DNA of 64,000 nt from Spirochaetia bacterium (GCA_965203905.1 CBDBDQ010000005.1:1792001-1856000), one strand, 5' to 3'; positions 44,395-54,622 are shown, counted from the first letter of the stretch. Notes: generated from the letters alone by a model not told the origin. Numbers and translations: made by a program.

Positions 44395-44607
44395 ATGACC
44401 CAGTTACGGGAGCAGGCGATCGCCGCAATCCGGACGCTTCCGAACCAGCGTCAGGACGAAGCAGCCGCATTGCTGCTGGACTTGGTTCAGGATGATCCCG
44501 GGAGCGTGAGCCTCAACCCCGAGCAGGCTGTCGAGGTCGAGCGCCGTCTCCGGGAACCAGGCTCCTCTGTTACCCATGAACAGGTTCGGGGCTTCTTCCG
44601 AGCCTGA
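44395..44607 (+). CDS. Small addiction-module antitoxin-like protein with no adjacent toxin
   Basis: MTQLREQAIAAIRTLP...LNPEQAVEVERRL pattern. Confidence 0.5.
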   Translation: MTQLREQAIAAIRTLPNQRQDEAAALLLDLVQDDPGSVSLNPEQAVEVERRLREPGSSVTHEQVRGFFRA

Positions 44608-44617
44608 ACCCCTTGGT

Positions 44618-45460
44618 ATGGCGCGGACGCGGTTGACGAGGCAGCAGATGCGGGCGTTCGAGACTTTCGGGTTTCTGGCGTTTCCGGGGCTGCTGGCCGA
44701 TTGCAGCGACGAGATCATCGATGAGTTCGAGGCGGTGTGGCGGCGCCACGGCGGCGGCCACGACGGCCGGCCTCACGACGGCGAGCGGCGTTCCTGCCTG
44801 GTGCCGTTCATCGACCAGAGCGAGCGCCTGTCGGCGCTGATCGACGACCCGCGCATCCACGACATCGTCGCCAGCCTGCTGGGCGACGACTTCAACTACG
44901 CCGGCAGCGACGGCAACTACTACGCCGGCGACACCCGCTGGCACTCGGACGGCTGGAACCCGGTGCGACCGCTGTCGATCAAGCTCGCCCTCTACCTCGA
45001 CCCCCTGACCCGCGACACCGGGGCGTTGCGGGTGATTCCCGGCAGCCATCGGGCCGGCGAACCCTACGCCGATTTGCTCCAGGAGCGGGTTGGCGACAGC
45101 GCCGCGGAGTGGGGCCTGGACGGCCGCGACCTGCCGGCGCTGGCCCTGGAGACGCGTCCCGGCGACGTGCTGTGCTTCAACCACAACACCAAGCATGCCG
45201 CCTTCGGCGGCGGCGGGCGGCGGCGGATGTTCACCATCAACTGCCACCAGCGTTACCCGGAGGAGCGGCTGGACGAGTTGCGCCAGCACGTTTCCTCCTT
45301 TGCCCGCTTCTGGAACGAGCGCGTCTACGGCCCCGCCATGCTGCGCACTGCCGGACCCGAACGGATGGTGCACCTGGAGCAGATACTGGCCAACGACGGC
45401 CACCTGGCGGAGCTGTCGCGCCAGCAGCGCGCGCAGATGAACGAGCCGTCGCGCGGCTGA
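44618..45460 (+). CDS. Phytanoyl-CoA dioxygenase (PhyH) family protein
   Basis: WHSD, GALRVIPGSH, PGDVLCF...H. Confidence 0.88.
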   Translation: MARTRLTRQQMRAFETFGFLAFPGLLADCSDEIIDEFEAVWRRHGGGHDGRPHDGERRSCLVPFIDQSERLSALIDDPRIHDIVASLLGDDFNYAGSDGNYYAGDTRWHSDGWNPVRPLSIKLALYLDPLTRDTGALRVIPGSHRAGEPYADLLQERVGDSAAEWGLDGRDLPALALETRPGDVLCFNHNTKHAAFGGGGRRRMFTINCHQRYPEERLDELRQHVSSFARFWNERVYGPAMLRTAGPERMVHLEQILANDGHLAELSRQQRAQMNEPSRG

Positions 45461-45538
45461 CCGATTGCCAGAAGCGCCGCCGCAGCACGATAATGGGGGC
45501 GAGCGGCCGCGACCGCGCGCTGCTGGAGGACGTAATCA

Positions 45539-46957
45539 ATGAAGATGCTGCTTGGCGGCAAGTGGGTAGACCGGGACGACAAGATCGAGGTGCGCAACCC
45601 GTTCGACGGCTCGGTGGTGGACACGGTGCCGCGCTCCGATCTGAGCGACGTGGAGGAGGCGCTGGCGACCGCCGAACGGGGCGCGGCCGTCATGCGCGGA
45701 CTGACCGGCTACGAGCGCTACGAGATCCTGCACAAGGTGGCCGACCTGATGCGCGAGCGGGCCGACGACCTGGCGCGCACCATCACCCTGGAAGAGGGCA
45801 AGATTCTCGCCGAGGCGACCATCGAGGCGACCCGCGCGCGTGAGATCATCGTGCTCTCCGCGGAGGAGGCGAAGCGGCTCGGCGGCGAGGTGATCCCGCT
45901 GGAGGGCGCCCCCGGGGTGAACGGCAAGCTCGGCTTCACGGTGCGGGTGCCGTGCGGCATCGTGGTGGGCATCAGTCCGTTCAACTTCCCGCTGCACCTG
46001 GTGTGCCACAAGGTGGGGCCGGCCTTCGCCGCGGGCAACGCCTGCATCATCAAGCCGGCCACCGACACGCCGCTGTCGGCGCTGAAGCTGATCGAGCTGT
46101 TCGTGGAAGCGGGGGCGCCGCCGGAGGCGGTGCAGTGCCTGACCGGTCCCGGCGGCGCCATCGGCAACGCCCTGTGCGGCGACCGCCGGGTGCGCAAGAT
46201 CACCTTCACCGGCAGCCGCGACATCGGCGAGCAGATCTGCAAGGTGGCGGGCCTGAAGCGGGTGACCATGGAGCTGGGCTCCAACTCGCCGCTGATCGTG
46301 ATGCCCGACGCCGATCCGGAGCGGGTGGCCGCGGCCGCCGCCATGAGCGGCTTTTCCAACGCCGGCCAGGTGTGCATCTCCACCCAGCGCGTCATCGCCC
46401 ACCATGACATCTACGGCGACCTGCTGGACGCCATGACCGAGGCCACCGCCGCCATCTCCACCGGCAACCCGCTGGAGGCGGGCACCGGCATGGGGCCGAT
46501 GATCCGCGAGGAGGACTCGGAGCGGGTCGCCGGCTGGGTCAGCGAGGCCGCCGGCGCCGGCGCCCGCGTGCTCGCCGGCGGCAGCCGCAACGGGCAGCTG
46601 TTCGAGCCCACCCTGGTGGCCGACGTCAGCCCGGAGATGCGCATCTCCTGCGACGAGATCTTCGGCCCGGTGGTCGGGGTCACCAATGCGCCGGACATCG
46701 ACGCCGCCATCGCCGCGGCCAACGACACCAACTACGGCCTGAGCGCCGCCATCTTCACCCAGAACGTGGACTGGGCGATGAAGTTCGTGCGCGAGTGCGA
46801 GTCGGGGAACCTGCACGTGAACTGGGGCACCCAGTGGCGCGCCGACCTGATGCCGTACGGCGGCGTCAAGGAGAGCGGCATGGGCAAGGAGGGTCCCAAG
46901 TACGCGGTGCAGGAGATGACCGAGACCAAGATGGCGGTGTTCCACCTGCCGGAGTAG
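45539..46957 (+). CDS. Aldehyde dehydrogenase
   Basis: PFNFP, FTGS, MELG, AGQVC, EIFGP. Confidence 0.93.
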   Translation: MKMLLGGKWVDRDDKIEVRNPFDGSVVDTVPRSDLSDVEEALATAERGAAVMRGLTGYERYEILHKVADLMRERADDLARTITLEEGKILAEATIEATRAREIIVLSAEEAKRLGGEVIPLEGAPGVNGKLGFTVRVPCGIVVGISPFNFPLHLVCHKVGPAFAAGNACIIKPATDTPLSALKLIELFVEAGAPPEAVQCLTGPGGAIGNALCGDRRVRKITFTGSRDIGEQICKVAGLKRVTMELGSNSPLIVMPDADPERVAAAAAMSGFSNAGQVCISTQRVIAHHDIYGDLLDAMTEATAAISTGNPLEAGTGMGPMIREEDSERVAGWVSEAAGAGARVLAGGSRNGQLFEPTLVADVSPEMRISCDEIFGPVVGVTNAPDIDAAIAAANDTNYGLSAAIFTQNVDWAMKFVRECESGNLHVNWGTQWRADLMPYGGVKESGMGKEGPKYAVQEMTETKMAVFHLPE

Positions 46958-46974
46958 CGTCTGGAGACCACGGC

Positions 46975-47406
46975 GTGGTCGATCAGCGCGAGCCGCCGGC
47001 GCGGCGTCTCTCCGCCGGCGTCGTGCCGGTGCGCGCTACCGCGGCCGGTGCGCGGTTCCTGGTACTGCGCGCCTACCGCTACTGGGACTTTCCCAAGGGG
47101 CTGGTCGCGCCCTGCGAAGAGCCGCTGGCGGCGGCGCTGCGCGAGTTGCGCGAGGAGACCGGCATCGAGGGGGTGGAGCTGGCATGGGGCGCGGAGTACT
47201 ACGAGACCGCGCCGTACGCCGGCGGCAAGGTGGCGCGCTACTACCTGGGACGCACCGACCGGGAGGCCGTGACCCTGCCGGTGAGCCCCGAGCTGGGGCG
47301 TCCGGAGCACCACGAGTACCGCTGGGTCAGCGCCGCGGAGGGCTTCGAACTGCTGGGTGAGCGGGTGGCCGCGGCGTTACGCTGGGCCGCCGCCCGCTGC
47401 GCCTGA
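46975..47406 (+). CDS. NUDIX hydrolase (Ap4A hydrolase-like)
   Basis: WDFPKG...AALRELREETGI, EHHEYRW. Confidence 0.88.
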   Translation: MVDQREPPARRLSAGVVPVRATAAGARFLVLRAYRYWDFPKGLVAPCEEPLAAALRELREETGIEGVELAWGAEYYETAPYAGGKVARYYLGRTDREAVTLPVSPELGRPEHHEYRWVSAAEGFELLGERVAAALRWAAARCA

Positions 47407-48771
47407 GGCGCCCTCCGGCCCAGGTGTGCCTGCTCCCTCGGGGAGGGCGTCCAGTTCGGCCAGGACCTGCTCGGTATGCTCGCCCAGCGCCGGCGCCGGC
47501 GGCCGCGCCCGCTCCGCCGCCACCCCGGCGAACTTGAGCGGGGATCCGGGAACCAGCAGGCCGTCGCATCCCGTCACCGGCAGCAGCATGTTGCGGGCGG
47601 CGAGCTGCGGATCGTGGAACAGGTCGGCCACGGTGTTCACCGGCGCCGCCGGGACGCCGGCCGCCGCCAGCCGCTGCAGCCAGGCAGCACTGGACTCCCG
47701 CGCCAGCGCGCGCTCCAGCTCCCGCTTCAGCTCCGCCACGTGCTCGGTACGGGCCGCGTTGCCGGCGAAGCGCGGGTCACCGACCAGGTCGTCGCGGCCG
47801 AGCACCGTGCACAGCGTCGCGAACAGGCGCTCGTTGCCCGCCGCCACCACGATCTCGTCGTCGGCGGTGGCGAAGGTCTCGAACGGGGTGATGGAAGGGT
47901 GCCGGGTGCCCAGCGGCCCCGGCACCGCGCCGGTGACCTGGTAGCGCGCGATGGCGTTCTCCAGCACCGACACCGTGGCGTCGAGCATGCCCAGGTCCAG
48001 CACCGCGCCCTCCCCGGTGCGCGCGCGCCGCGCCAGCGCCGCGGCGATGCCGATGGCGGCGTACAGGCCGCTGACGATGTCGGCGATGGAGGTGCCGACG
48101 CGCACCCGCCGCCCGTGCCGCCCGGCGCCGTCCGGCGAACCCGGCCCGGGCACCGCGTCCGCCGGCACCTCCTCCGCGTCCGCCGCCGGCTCCGGCTCGA
48201 GTTCCGCGTCCGCCGGCGCCGCCTCCAGCGCCTGCCTCGCGTGCGCTGGTACCTCCTCCGGCGCCTCGGTTCCGGTGATCGACATCAGCCCCGAGAGCGC
48301 CTGGATGATCATGTCGTAGGCGGGCCGCTGCGCGTCCGGGCCGGTGGCGCCGAAGCCGCTCACCGCCGCGTACACCAGCCGCGGGTTGAGCTGCCGCAGC
48401 CGCTCCGGCGGGAACCCCAGCCTGGCCAGCGTGCCGGGACGGTAATTCTCCACCAGCACGTCGGCACGGCGGATCAGCCCGGCCAGGGCCGTGCGTCCGT
48501 CCTCCCGCTTGAGGTCGAGCACCACCGAGCGCTTGCCGCAGTTGAGGCTGGTGAAGTAGGAGGAGGAGGCCCCGCGTTCGCCCACCGCTCCCGCCGCGCC
48601 CCCCGCCTTCGGCAGGAACGGCCCGAAGCCGCGTGCCTCGTCGCCCTCCGGCGGCTCCACCTTGATCACCTCGGCACCCAGGTCGCGCAGCACCATGGTG
48701 CAGAACGGCCCGGCGAGGACCCGGGTCAGGTCCACCACGGTGATCCCGTCTAGGGGCTTCGCTTCAGACAT
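47377..48771 (-). CDS. CoA-transferase family III (CaiB/BaiF)
   Basis: DLTRVLAGP, NCGKRS, ENYRPG, AYD; contains an acidic Ala/Pro/Glu insertion. Confidence 0.9.
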   Translation of the reverse strand: MSEAKPLDGITVVDLTRVLAGPFCTMVLRDLGAEVIKVEPPEGDEARGFGPFLPKAGGAAGAVGERGASSSYFTSLNCGKRSVVLDLKREDGRTALAGLIRRADVLVENYRPGTLARLGFPPERLRQLNPRLVYAAVSGFGATGPDAQRPAYDMIIQALSGLMSITGTEAPEEVPAHARQALEAAPADAELEPEPAADAEEVPADAVPGPGSPDGAGRHGRRVRVGTSIADIVSGLYAAIGIAAALARRARTGEGAVLDLGMLDATVSVLENAIARYQVTGAVPGPLGTRHPSITPFETFATADDEIVVAAGNERLFATLCTVLGRDDLVGDPRFAGNAARTEHVAELKRELERALARESSAAWLQRLAAAGVPAAPVNTVADLFHDPQLAARNMLLPVTGCDGLLVPGSPLKFAGVAAERARPPAPALGEHTEQVLAELDALPEGAGTPGPEGASGAAGGGPA

Positions 48772-48831
48772 GCACGGCCACGGTACCGCCTTTGCGCGCG
48801 CGGCGTCGACGCCGTGTTAGAATCGCGCTCC

Positions 48832-49514
48832 GTGAGCCAGCGACTGCGCATTACCGACGTGGTGCGGGTGCCGTTGCGCGACCTGGGCGAGGTGGGGAGC
48901 ATCGAGCCGGCCTGGAACCCGGGCGGAGAGACGCGCGTGGTGCGCGGCGGCGGCGCCTACCTGGAGATCCGCACCGACGCCGGGGTGACCGGCATCGGTC
49001 CCGACGTGCCGCCCGACCTGGTGGCCGCCGCCGGGCCGCACCTGGTGGGGGCCGATCCGTTCGCCACCGAGCACCTGGCCGACCGGCTGCGCTACTACGC
49101 CCCCGGCGTTTCCTACCGCGGGCGCGCCGGATTCGACATCGCCCTTTGGGACCTGATCGGCAAGGTGTGCGGGCAGCCGCTGGCGCGGCTGTGGGGTGGC
49201 AACCGCAGCCGGAGGTGATGGTGGTGGGCGGACCGACCGAGATGCGCAAGATCGCGACCCTGGCCGCGGCCTTCGGGCGCCGCATCGTGCCGCATCACGG
49301 CGGCAGCGCGCTCGGCATCGTCACCCACCTGCACCTGGTGGCGGCGTGGTCGCACGCGCCCTGGCTGGAACTGCTGCACGACCCGCCGGTCGGCGACTAC
49401 CGGCACCTGTTCGCCGAGCTCGCGGAGCCGCCGCAGGTGGGGGCCGACGGCTGCTTCGCGGTACCGACCGCGCCCGGCCTTGGCGTACGCATCGACCCCG
49501 CGGCCGTGGCGTGA
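48832..49514 (+). pseudogene. Mandelate racemase/enolase-superfamily gene with internal deletion and frameshift
   Basis: N-terminal domain (DIALWDLIGK...LWGG) is joined out of frame to QPEVMVVGG...PH...PTAPGLG; the barrel core is missing. Confidence 0.8.
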
Positions 49515-49700
49515 TGCCGGCGCCGCCGTGGCGCCCGTCCGGCCCGCCCGAGGCCCGCCCGGCAGGCGGTTGCCCGTAGTCCGACAACCTCCTATGCTGG
49601 CCGCGACAATGCCTGCACCAACCACTCACCAAGCGGCCGCGGTGATCCGACCGCGGCCGGCCCGGCATGCCGCGGGCACCCTGGACCGGGTGCTCTCCCC

Positions 49701-50165
49701 GTGACCTGGGCGCTCCTGGCCGGCGTCGTAATCGCCGTCTACGTTCTCTACCGCACCTTCCGCAAGAAGCCGGAACCACCGCCCGATGCCACCCCGGAGC
49801 CGGCGCCGGAGGCGGAGGCGACCGCGGAGGCTCCCCAACAGGAGGATGCGCCGATCGCCACCGCCGAAGTGGTTCCCGAGGCGCCGCGCGTCAGCAAGGA
49901 CGAGCTGGTGGAGATGATCGACTCGCTGATCGAGCAGTACGACGAAGAGATCCGCGAGATGACCCCCGCCCAGCAGAAGTCCAAGAAGGCGTCGTGGGAG
50001 CAGATCGAGGAGCTCCAGCAGATGACCCAGATCGACTTCTCCGAAGAGGTGATCGAGCGCTTCTGGGGCTACCGCAAGGGAACCACCCCGGAAATCCCCA
50101 ATACCAAAAAACTGTCCCTCGGGCGTGGCGTTTGGTATACTATGCGCCAGCCGGACAACGAGTAG
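49701..50165 (+). CDS. Hypothetical acidic membrane-anchored protein
   Basis: N-terminal TM helix, Pro/Glu linker, GC3-biased codons. Confidence 0.6.
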   Translation: MTWALLAGVVIAVYVLYRTFRKKPEPPPDATPEPAPEAEATAEAPQQEDAPIATAEVVPEAPRVSKDELVEMIDSLIEQYDEEIREMTPAQQKSKKASWEQIEELQQMTQIDFSEEVIERFWGYRKGTTPEIPNTKKLSLGRGVWYTMRQPDNE

Positions 50166-50173
50166 CTAAAGCC

Positions 50174-50425
50174 ATGCAGAATGAAATCCACCCCAAGTAC
50201 GGGTTTGTCGTGTTCAAGGACACTTCCTCCGATTTTTCCTTCCTGGGCCGTTCCACGCGCTCCTCGAAGGAGAGGATCACGTGGCAGGACGGCGCGGAGT
50301 ACCCGTTGATCAACATCGAGATATCGAGCGCCTCGCATCCCTTCTACACCGGCAAGCAGACCCTGGTGGACAGTGCCGGACGGATCGAGAAGTTCCGCCG
50401 CCGCTACAACCTCCGGCAGTCCTGA
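50174..50425 (+). CDS. rpmE: 50S ribosomal protein L31 type B
   Basis: IHPKY...[13 protein letters not shown]...GRIEKF; no Zn-binding Cys; TG-n-TATACT promoter near 50133. Confidence 0.95.
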   Translation: MQNEIHPKYGFVVFKDTSSDFSFLGRSTRSSKERITWQDGAEYPLINIEISSASHPFYTGKQTLVDSAGRIEKFRRRYNLRQS

Positions 50426-50507
50426 CGCCGGCGGCGCATTTCGCTCAGCCTGCCGCTCTCCCAAGCCGAGAATTAGAGAAACAGACTAGCCCTGCGCTGG
50501 GGGAACC

Positions 50508-51965
50508 GTGCGCCCACACCCTGAGTCCGATCCGAGCGAAACCACTATCATTGCGGCTGCCCCGATGCGGCCCGAGCGGCGCCACGTCGCCATTGGCGGC
50601 GCTGGCCACGCTGCGCCGCCGGCGGCGAGAGGCGGGCGTTTCTACAGCGTCCGCGGCGGCCGCCCGCTGCGTGGCGAGATCCAGGTCGCCGGAGCGAAGA
50701 ACGCCGCCCCCAAGCTGATCATCGCCGCCTTGCTGGCGTCCGAGCCGAGCGTTCTGGACAACGTCCCCCGTATCGGCGAGGTGGAGCTGACGCTGCGCAT
50801 CTGCTCCGCCCTCGGCGTGCGCTGGCGTTGGCTGGGCGAGGCCAGCCTCGAAATCGATCCGTCCACGGTCACCGACTGGCGCATCCCGGCGGACGTGAGT
50901 CCGGAGCACCGCTGCTGCGTGATCTTCCTGGCGGTGCTGTTGCAGCGCGTGGGCCGCGCCCAGATCGCCTCGATCGGCGGCGATGCCATCGGCCGGCGGC
51001 CGATCGACTACCATCTCGCCGGGCTGTGCAGCCTGGGCGCGGAGGTGGAACGCAGCGACGGGCTGACCCGCCTGCGCTGCAGCGCGCTGCGTGGCAACTC
51101 CGTCCGCCTGGACTACCCCAGCGTCGGAGCCACCGAGCAGCTGCTGCTGGCGGCCGCGACCGCCACCGGGCGCACGCTGATCCGCAACGCGGCCACAGAG
51201 CCGGAGATCTGCAACCTGGTGGGGTTCCTGCGTGCGATGGGGGCCCGCATTCACCAGCGGGGACGTACCTGGGTGATCGATGGCGTGGCGGCACTGCACG
51301 GCGCCCGCCACCGCGTAATCGGCGACCGCCTGGAAGCCGCCTCCTACGCGGCGGCGGCGGTCGCTACCCGCGGCGACATCTTCGTGCGCGACGCCGAGCC
51401 GGCGCACCTGAGCAGCTTCCTCGCCATCCTGCGCGCGGCGGGCGGAGAGTGCGAGATCGACAGCGCGGGAATCCGCTTCCGCGGCCCGCGGGCGCCGCAA
51501 CCGGTCACGGTGGAGACCGCTCCGCATCCCGGATTCATGACCGACTGGCAGCCGCCGCTGGTGGTGCTGCTTACCCAGGCCGAAGGCGTCTCCACGGTGC
51601 ACGAGACCGTCTACGAACAGCGGCTCGGGTACGTCGGCGCGCTCGGCGAGATGAGCGCCGCAATCGATCTGCACACCACCTGCCTCGGCACCGGCGCGTG
51701 TCGGTTCCATAACCGTGGCTGCGTCCACAGCGCTCTCATCACCGGCCCGAGCTCGCTGGTGGGGTGCGATCTGGAAGTGCCCGATCTGCGTGCCGGCTTC
51801 GCCTACCTGATGGCCGCGCTGGTGGCGGAAGGGGAGAGCACGCTCACCGAGGTCGGCAACATAGAACGCGGCTACCAGTCGGTGCTCGCCAAGATCCAGG
51901 GCCTGGGCGGTCAGATCGAGGATGGCTTCCTGGAGTTGCCGGCTGCACAGCGCGCCACGGCCTGA
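50508..51965 (+). CDS. murA: UDP-N-acetylglucosamine 1-carboxyvinyltransferase (start uncertain)
   Basis: GAKNA, GGDAIGRRPIDYH, SVGATE, DRLEA, PDLRAG. Confidence 0.93.
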   Translation: MRPHPESDPSETTIIAAAPMRPERRHVAIGGAGHAAPPAARGGRFYSVRGGRPLRGEIQVAGAKNAAPKLIIAALLASEPSVLDNVPRIGEVELTLRICSALGVRWRWLGEASLEIDPSTVTDWRIPADVSPEHRCCVIFLAVLLQRVGRAQIASIGGDAIGRRPIDYHLAGLCSLGAEVERSDGLTRLRCSALRGNSVRLDYPSVGATEQLLLAAATATGRTLIRNAATEPEICNLVGFLRAMGARIHQRGRTWVIDGVAALHGARHRVIGDRLEAASYAAAAVATRGDIFVRDAEPAHLSSFLAILRAAGGECEIDSAGIRFRGPRAPQPVTVETAPHPGFMTDWQPPLVVLLTQAEGVSTVHETVYEQRLGYVGALGEMSAAIDLHTTCLGTGACRFHNRGCVHSALITGPSSLVGCDLEVPDLRAGFAYLMAALVAEGESTLTEVGNIERGYQSVLAKIQGLGGQIEDGFLELPAAQRATA

Positions 51966-52016
51966 CGCTCCGGCGGCGGCGGCGGCCGCACGATCTCGGC
52001 AGATGGGGGGCGCCGG

Positions 52017-52832
52017 ATGAGGCGCTCGTTCCCGATGTGGCGCGAGCGGCTGCGCAGCATCATCTTCCTGGCCGACACCCGCGCCGGCAGGCTGTTCGAC
52101 GTGGTCCTGATCGTGGCGATCATCGCCAGCGTCCTGGTGGTGCTGTTGGAGAGCTCGGTCACCACCGGGGAGGCCTGGTCCGTGCCGCTGCGGGCGGCGG
52201 AGTGGACGTTCACCTCGATCTTCCTGCTGGAGTACCTGGCGCGCCTGATAGCGGTTCGGCAGCCGCTGCGCTACATGGTCAGCTTCTTCGGGATCATCGA
52301 CCTGTTGGCGGTGCTGCCCGCGTTCCTCGGACTGATTCTGCCCGGCAGCCACTACCTGACGGTGCTGCGGCTGTTGCGCGTGTTGCGCGTCTTCCGCGTG
52401 CTGAAGCTGGTGCCCTACATGGCGGAGGCCGCGGTGATCATGGGTGCCCTGCGTGCCAGCCGGCGCAAGATCACCGTGTTCCTGTTCAGCGTGCTGATCA
52501 TCGCCGTGGTCCTGGGTTCGTTGATCTACGTGATCGAGGGAGAGGAGAACGGCTTCACCAGTATCCCCCAGAGCATGTACTGGACCATCGTGACCCTCAC
52601 CACCGTGGGCTATGGCGACCTCACCCCGCGCACCGGACTGGGCCAGGCGCTCGCCGCCGTGATCATGATCATGGGGTACGGCATCATCGCCGTGCCCACC
52701 GGCCTGGTCACTGCCCAGGTGGTCTCCGAGACCATGCACGCCCGTGACCGGCGGCGCTGTCGGGCATGCGGCAGAGCGGGCCATGAGCGCGATGCCGACT
52801 TCTGCCGGCACTGCGGGGAACAGCTGCGCTGA
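52017..52832 (+). CDS. Voltage-gated potassium channel (6TM) with C-terminal Zn ribbon
   Basis: S4 RLLRVLRVFRVLK, filter TTVGYGD, CRAC...CRHC. Confidence 0.92.
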   Translation: MRRSFPMWRERLRSIIFLADTRAGRLFDVVLIVAIIASVLVVLLESSVTTGEAWSVPLRAAEWTFTSIFLLEYLARLIAVRQPLRYMVSFFGIIDLLAVLPAFLGLILPGSHYLTVLRLLRVLRVFRVLKLVPYMAEAAVIMGALRASRRKITVFLFSVLIIAVVLGSLIYVIEGEENGFTSIPQSMYWTIVTLTTVGYGDLTPRTGLGQALAAVIMIMGYGIIAVPTGLVTAQVVSETMHARDRRRCRACGRAGHERDADFCRHCGEQLR

Positions 52833-52881
52833 GCATGGAAGGCGTGCCCGCGCACGGTCTCCCAACGGTCTCCCTACCCCC

Positions 52882-52910
52882 GTGACGCGGGCGCCGGCAT
52901 TCGGTATAGT
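52882..52910 (+). promoter_or_regulatory. Putative sigma70 promoter of the histone gene
   Basis: GTGACG-17 nt-TATAGT. Confidence 0.5.
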
Positions 52911-52962
52911 CGCTCCGTGTCGTTTCCGAGGGAACCATCTTTAAGATAAGGAGCGTAGCCAA

Positions 52963-53142
52963 ATGGCCGAGATCCTGATTGTAACTTCCAAGGTCAAGAA
53001 CTACATCAAAGAGGCGGGGATGAACACGGCGGCCTCGGTAGCCGAGGCACTCTCAGAGAAGGTGCGCCAGGTGTGCGACGAGGCGATGGAGAACGCCCGC
53101 AAGGCGAAGCGCAAGACGGTTCGCGACACCGACATAACCTGA
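52963..53142 (+). CDS. Bacterial histone-fold protein (Bd0055/HBb-like), 59 aa
   Basis: Below the ORF-track cutoff. MAEILIVTSKVKNYIKEAGMNTAASVAEALSEKVRQVCDEAMENARKAKRKTVRDTDIT; AAGGAG RBS; RKTxxxxD histone L2 motif. Confidence 0.9.
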   Translation: MAEILIVTSKVKNYIKEAGMNTAASVAEALSEKVRQVCDEAMENARKAKRKTVRDTDIT

Positions 53143-53163
53143 GCCGCCTTCAGGTTCCGGTGT

Positions 53164-53264
53164 AGCGCCCCGAGACCGCCGCCTCGCGGCGTCGCTTTCG
53201 GCCCAGCCCTGCCTACCGTACGGAGTCCTGTCGATCTGCCGCTGGCGCCAATCCGGCAGACTCC
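53164..53264. repeat. ~100-nt structured intergenic repeat, copy 2
   Basis: Closely similar to 7710-7811, in the same orientation. Confidence 0.85.
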
Positions 53265-54622
53265 TAACGGTCGGCCTCGATGGCGGGGTCGAGCGCCTCG
53301 CGTGCTTCCGCCGCTACCGCCAGCGAGCCGGTGGCGAGCACCAGGTCGGTGCCGTCGGCAGTGGCCAGCAGACGGTGCAGGGTGTCCGCCACCGGCAGCG
53401 AGCTGGCATGCGCGGCGATCCCCGCCGCCTGCAGCGCGGCGGCCAGGTCGGCGGCCGCCATGGCTCGCGGATGCCGCGAGCGAACTACGGTGAGCGAGTT
53501 CGCGAGTGGGCGCAGCAGGCGCAGCGTTGCCACGCCGTTGTGACCCTCGAGGCCTCCGACCAGTGCCTGCAGCCGAGGTCGTGGCCGCAGCCGCAGCAAC
53601 TCGGCAACCAGTTGCCCCATGGCACGCGGGCAGTGGGCACCGTCGGCCACTACCGTCACCGGCCGCCGCTGCAACACCTCGAAGCGGGCCGGCCAGGTGA
53701 CCCGTTCCAGCCCGCCGCGGATGGCAGCCGTGGTCAGCGGGACGCCCAGATCGATCAGCCGTTCCGCGGCGACCAGCGCCACGACCCCGTTCTCGCGCTG
53801 GGCGGCGCCGCGCAACGGCAACGCCACCCGGTAGGCGTCGTGGCGCCCGCGCCAGTGCAGTTGCTGGTGCGCTTGCGCCAGCGGGTCGCCGGCACGCGGG
53901 GACGGCTGGGGTGCCACCCGGTCGAGGAGGGCGCCCTGGCGTTGCGCGGCACGCGCCAGCACGGCGTGCACGGAGGGAATCTGCGGCGCCACCACGACCG
54001 GCACCCCCGGTTTAATGATCCCGGCCTTGGCGCGGGCGATGTCGAGCAGGGTGGTGCCGAGCGCCGGAATGTGATCGCGGCTGATATTTGTGATCACGGA
54101 CAGCAGCGGCTGCACTATATTGGTGATGTCGTCGCGGCCGCCGACGAACGCCTCGACCACCTGGTAGGCCGCCCCCGCCTCGCGGAAGTGATGCAGCGCC
54201 ATTGCCGTCAACAGCTCGAGCGTAGTGACCTGACCATCCGGGCCGGAGAATTCGGGGTGGTGCGCCACCGCCTGCGCTGCCGGCCACACCTGGGCGAACA
54301 GGGAGGCGAACTGCTGGCGGCCGATCGGCGTCAGGCCGAGTCGGATCCGTTCGACCATGGCGTGGAGGTGGGGCGAGGTGAACAGCCCGACGCGCAGCCC
54401 GGCACGGTCCAGAATCGAGGCGATCATGGCCGCGGTGGAGCCCTTGCCGTTGGTGCCGGCGACGTGGATGGTGGGAACCGCCAGGTGCGGGTTTCCCAGT
54501 TGCCGCAGCAGGACGCGCATGCGTGGCGCACGGCTGCGCCGGCCATGAGTCTTGCCGCGGCGCAGGTCGGTGAGGCCGATGAGGCGTTCGAGGGCCGCCT
54601 CGTAGGCAGCGTGCTCGCCCAC
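53264..54622 (-). CDS. folC: Folylpolyglutamate synthase/dihydrofolate synthase
   Basis: HVAGTNGKGST, FTSPHL, WPARFE, DGAH, TGSL; GTG start assumed. Confidence 0.9.
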   Translation of the reverse strand: MGEHAAYEAALERLIGLTDLRRGKTHGRRSRAPRMRVLLRQLGNPHLAVPTIHVAGTNGKGSTAAMIASILDRAGLRVGLFTSPHLHAMVERIRLGLTPIGRQQFASLFAQVWPAAQAVAHHPEFSGPDGQVTTLELLTAMALHHFREAGAAYQVVEAFVGGRDDITNIVQPLLSVITNISRDHIPALGTTLLDIARAKAGIIKPGVPVVVAPQIPSVHAVLARAAQRQGALLDRVAPQPSPRAGDPLAQAHQQLHWRGRHDAYRVALPLRGAAQRENGVVALVAAERLIDLGVPLTTAAIRGGLERVTWPARFEVLQRRPVTVVADGAHCPRAMGQLVAELLRLRPRPRLQALVGGLEGHNGVATLRLLRPLANSLTVVRSRHPRAMAAADLAAALQAAGIAAHASSLPVADTLHRLLATADGTDLVLATGSLAVAAEAREALDPAIEADR

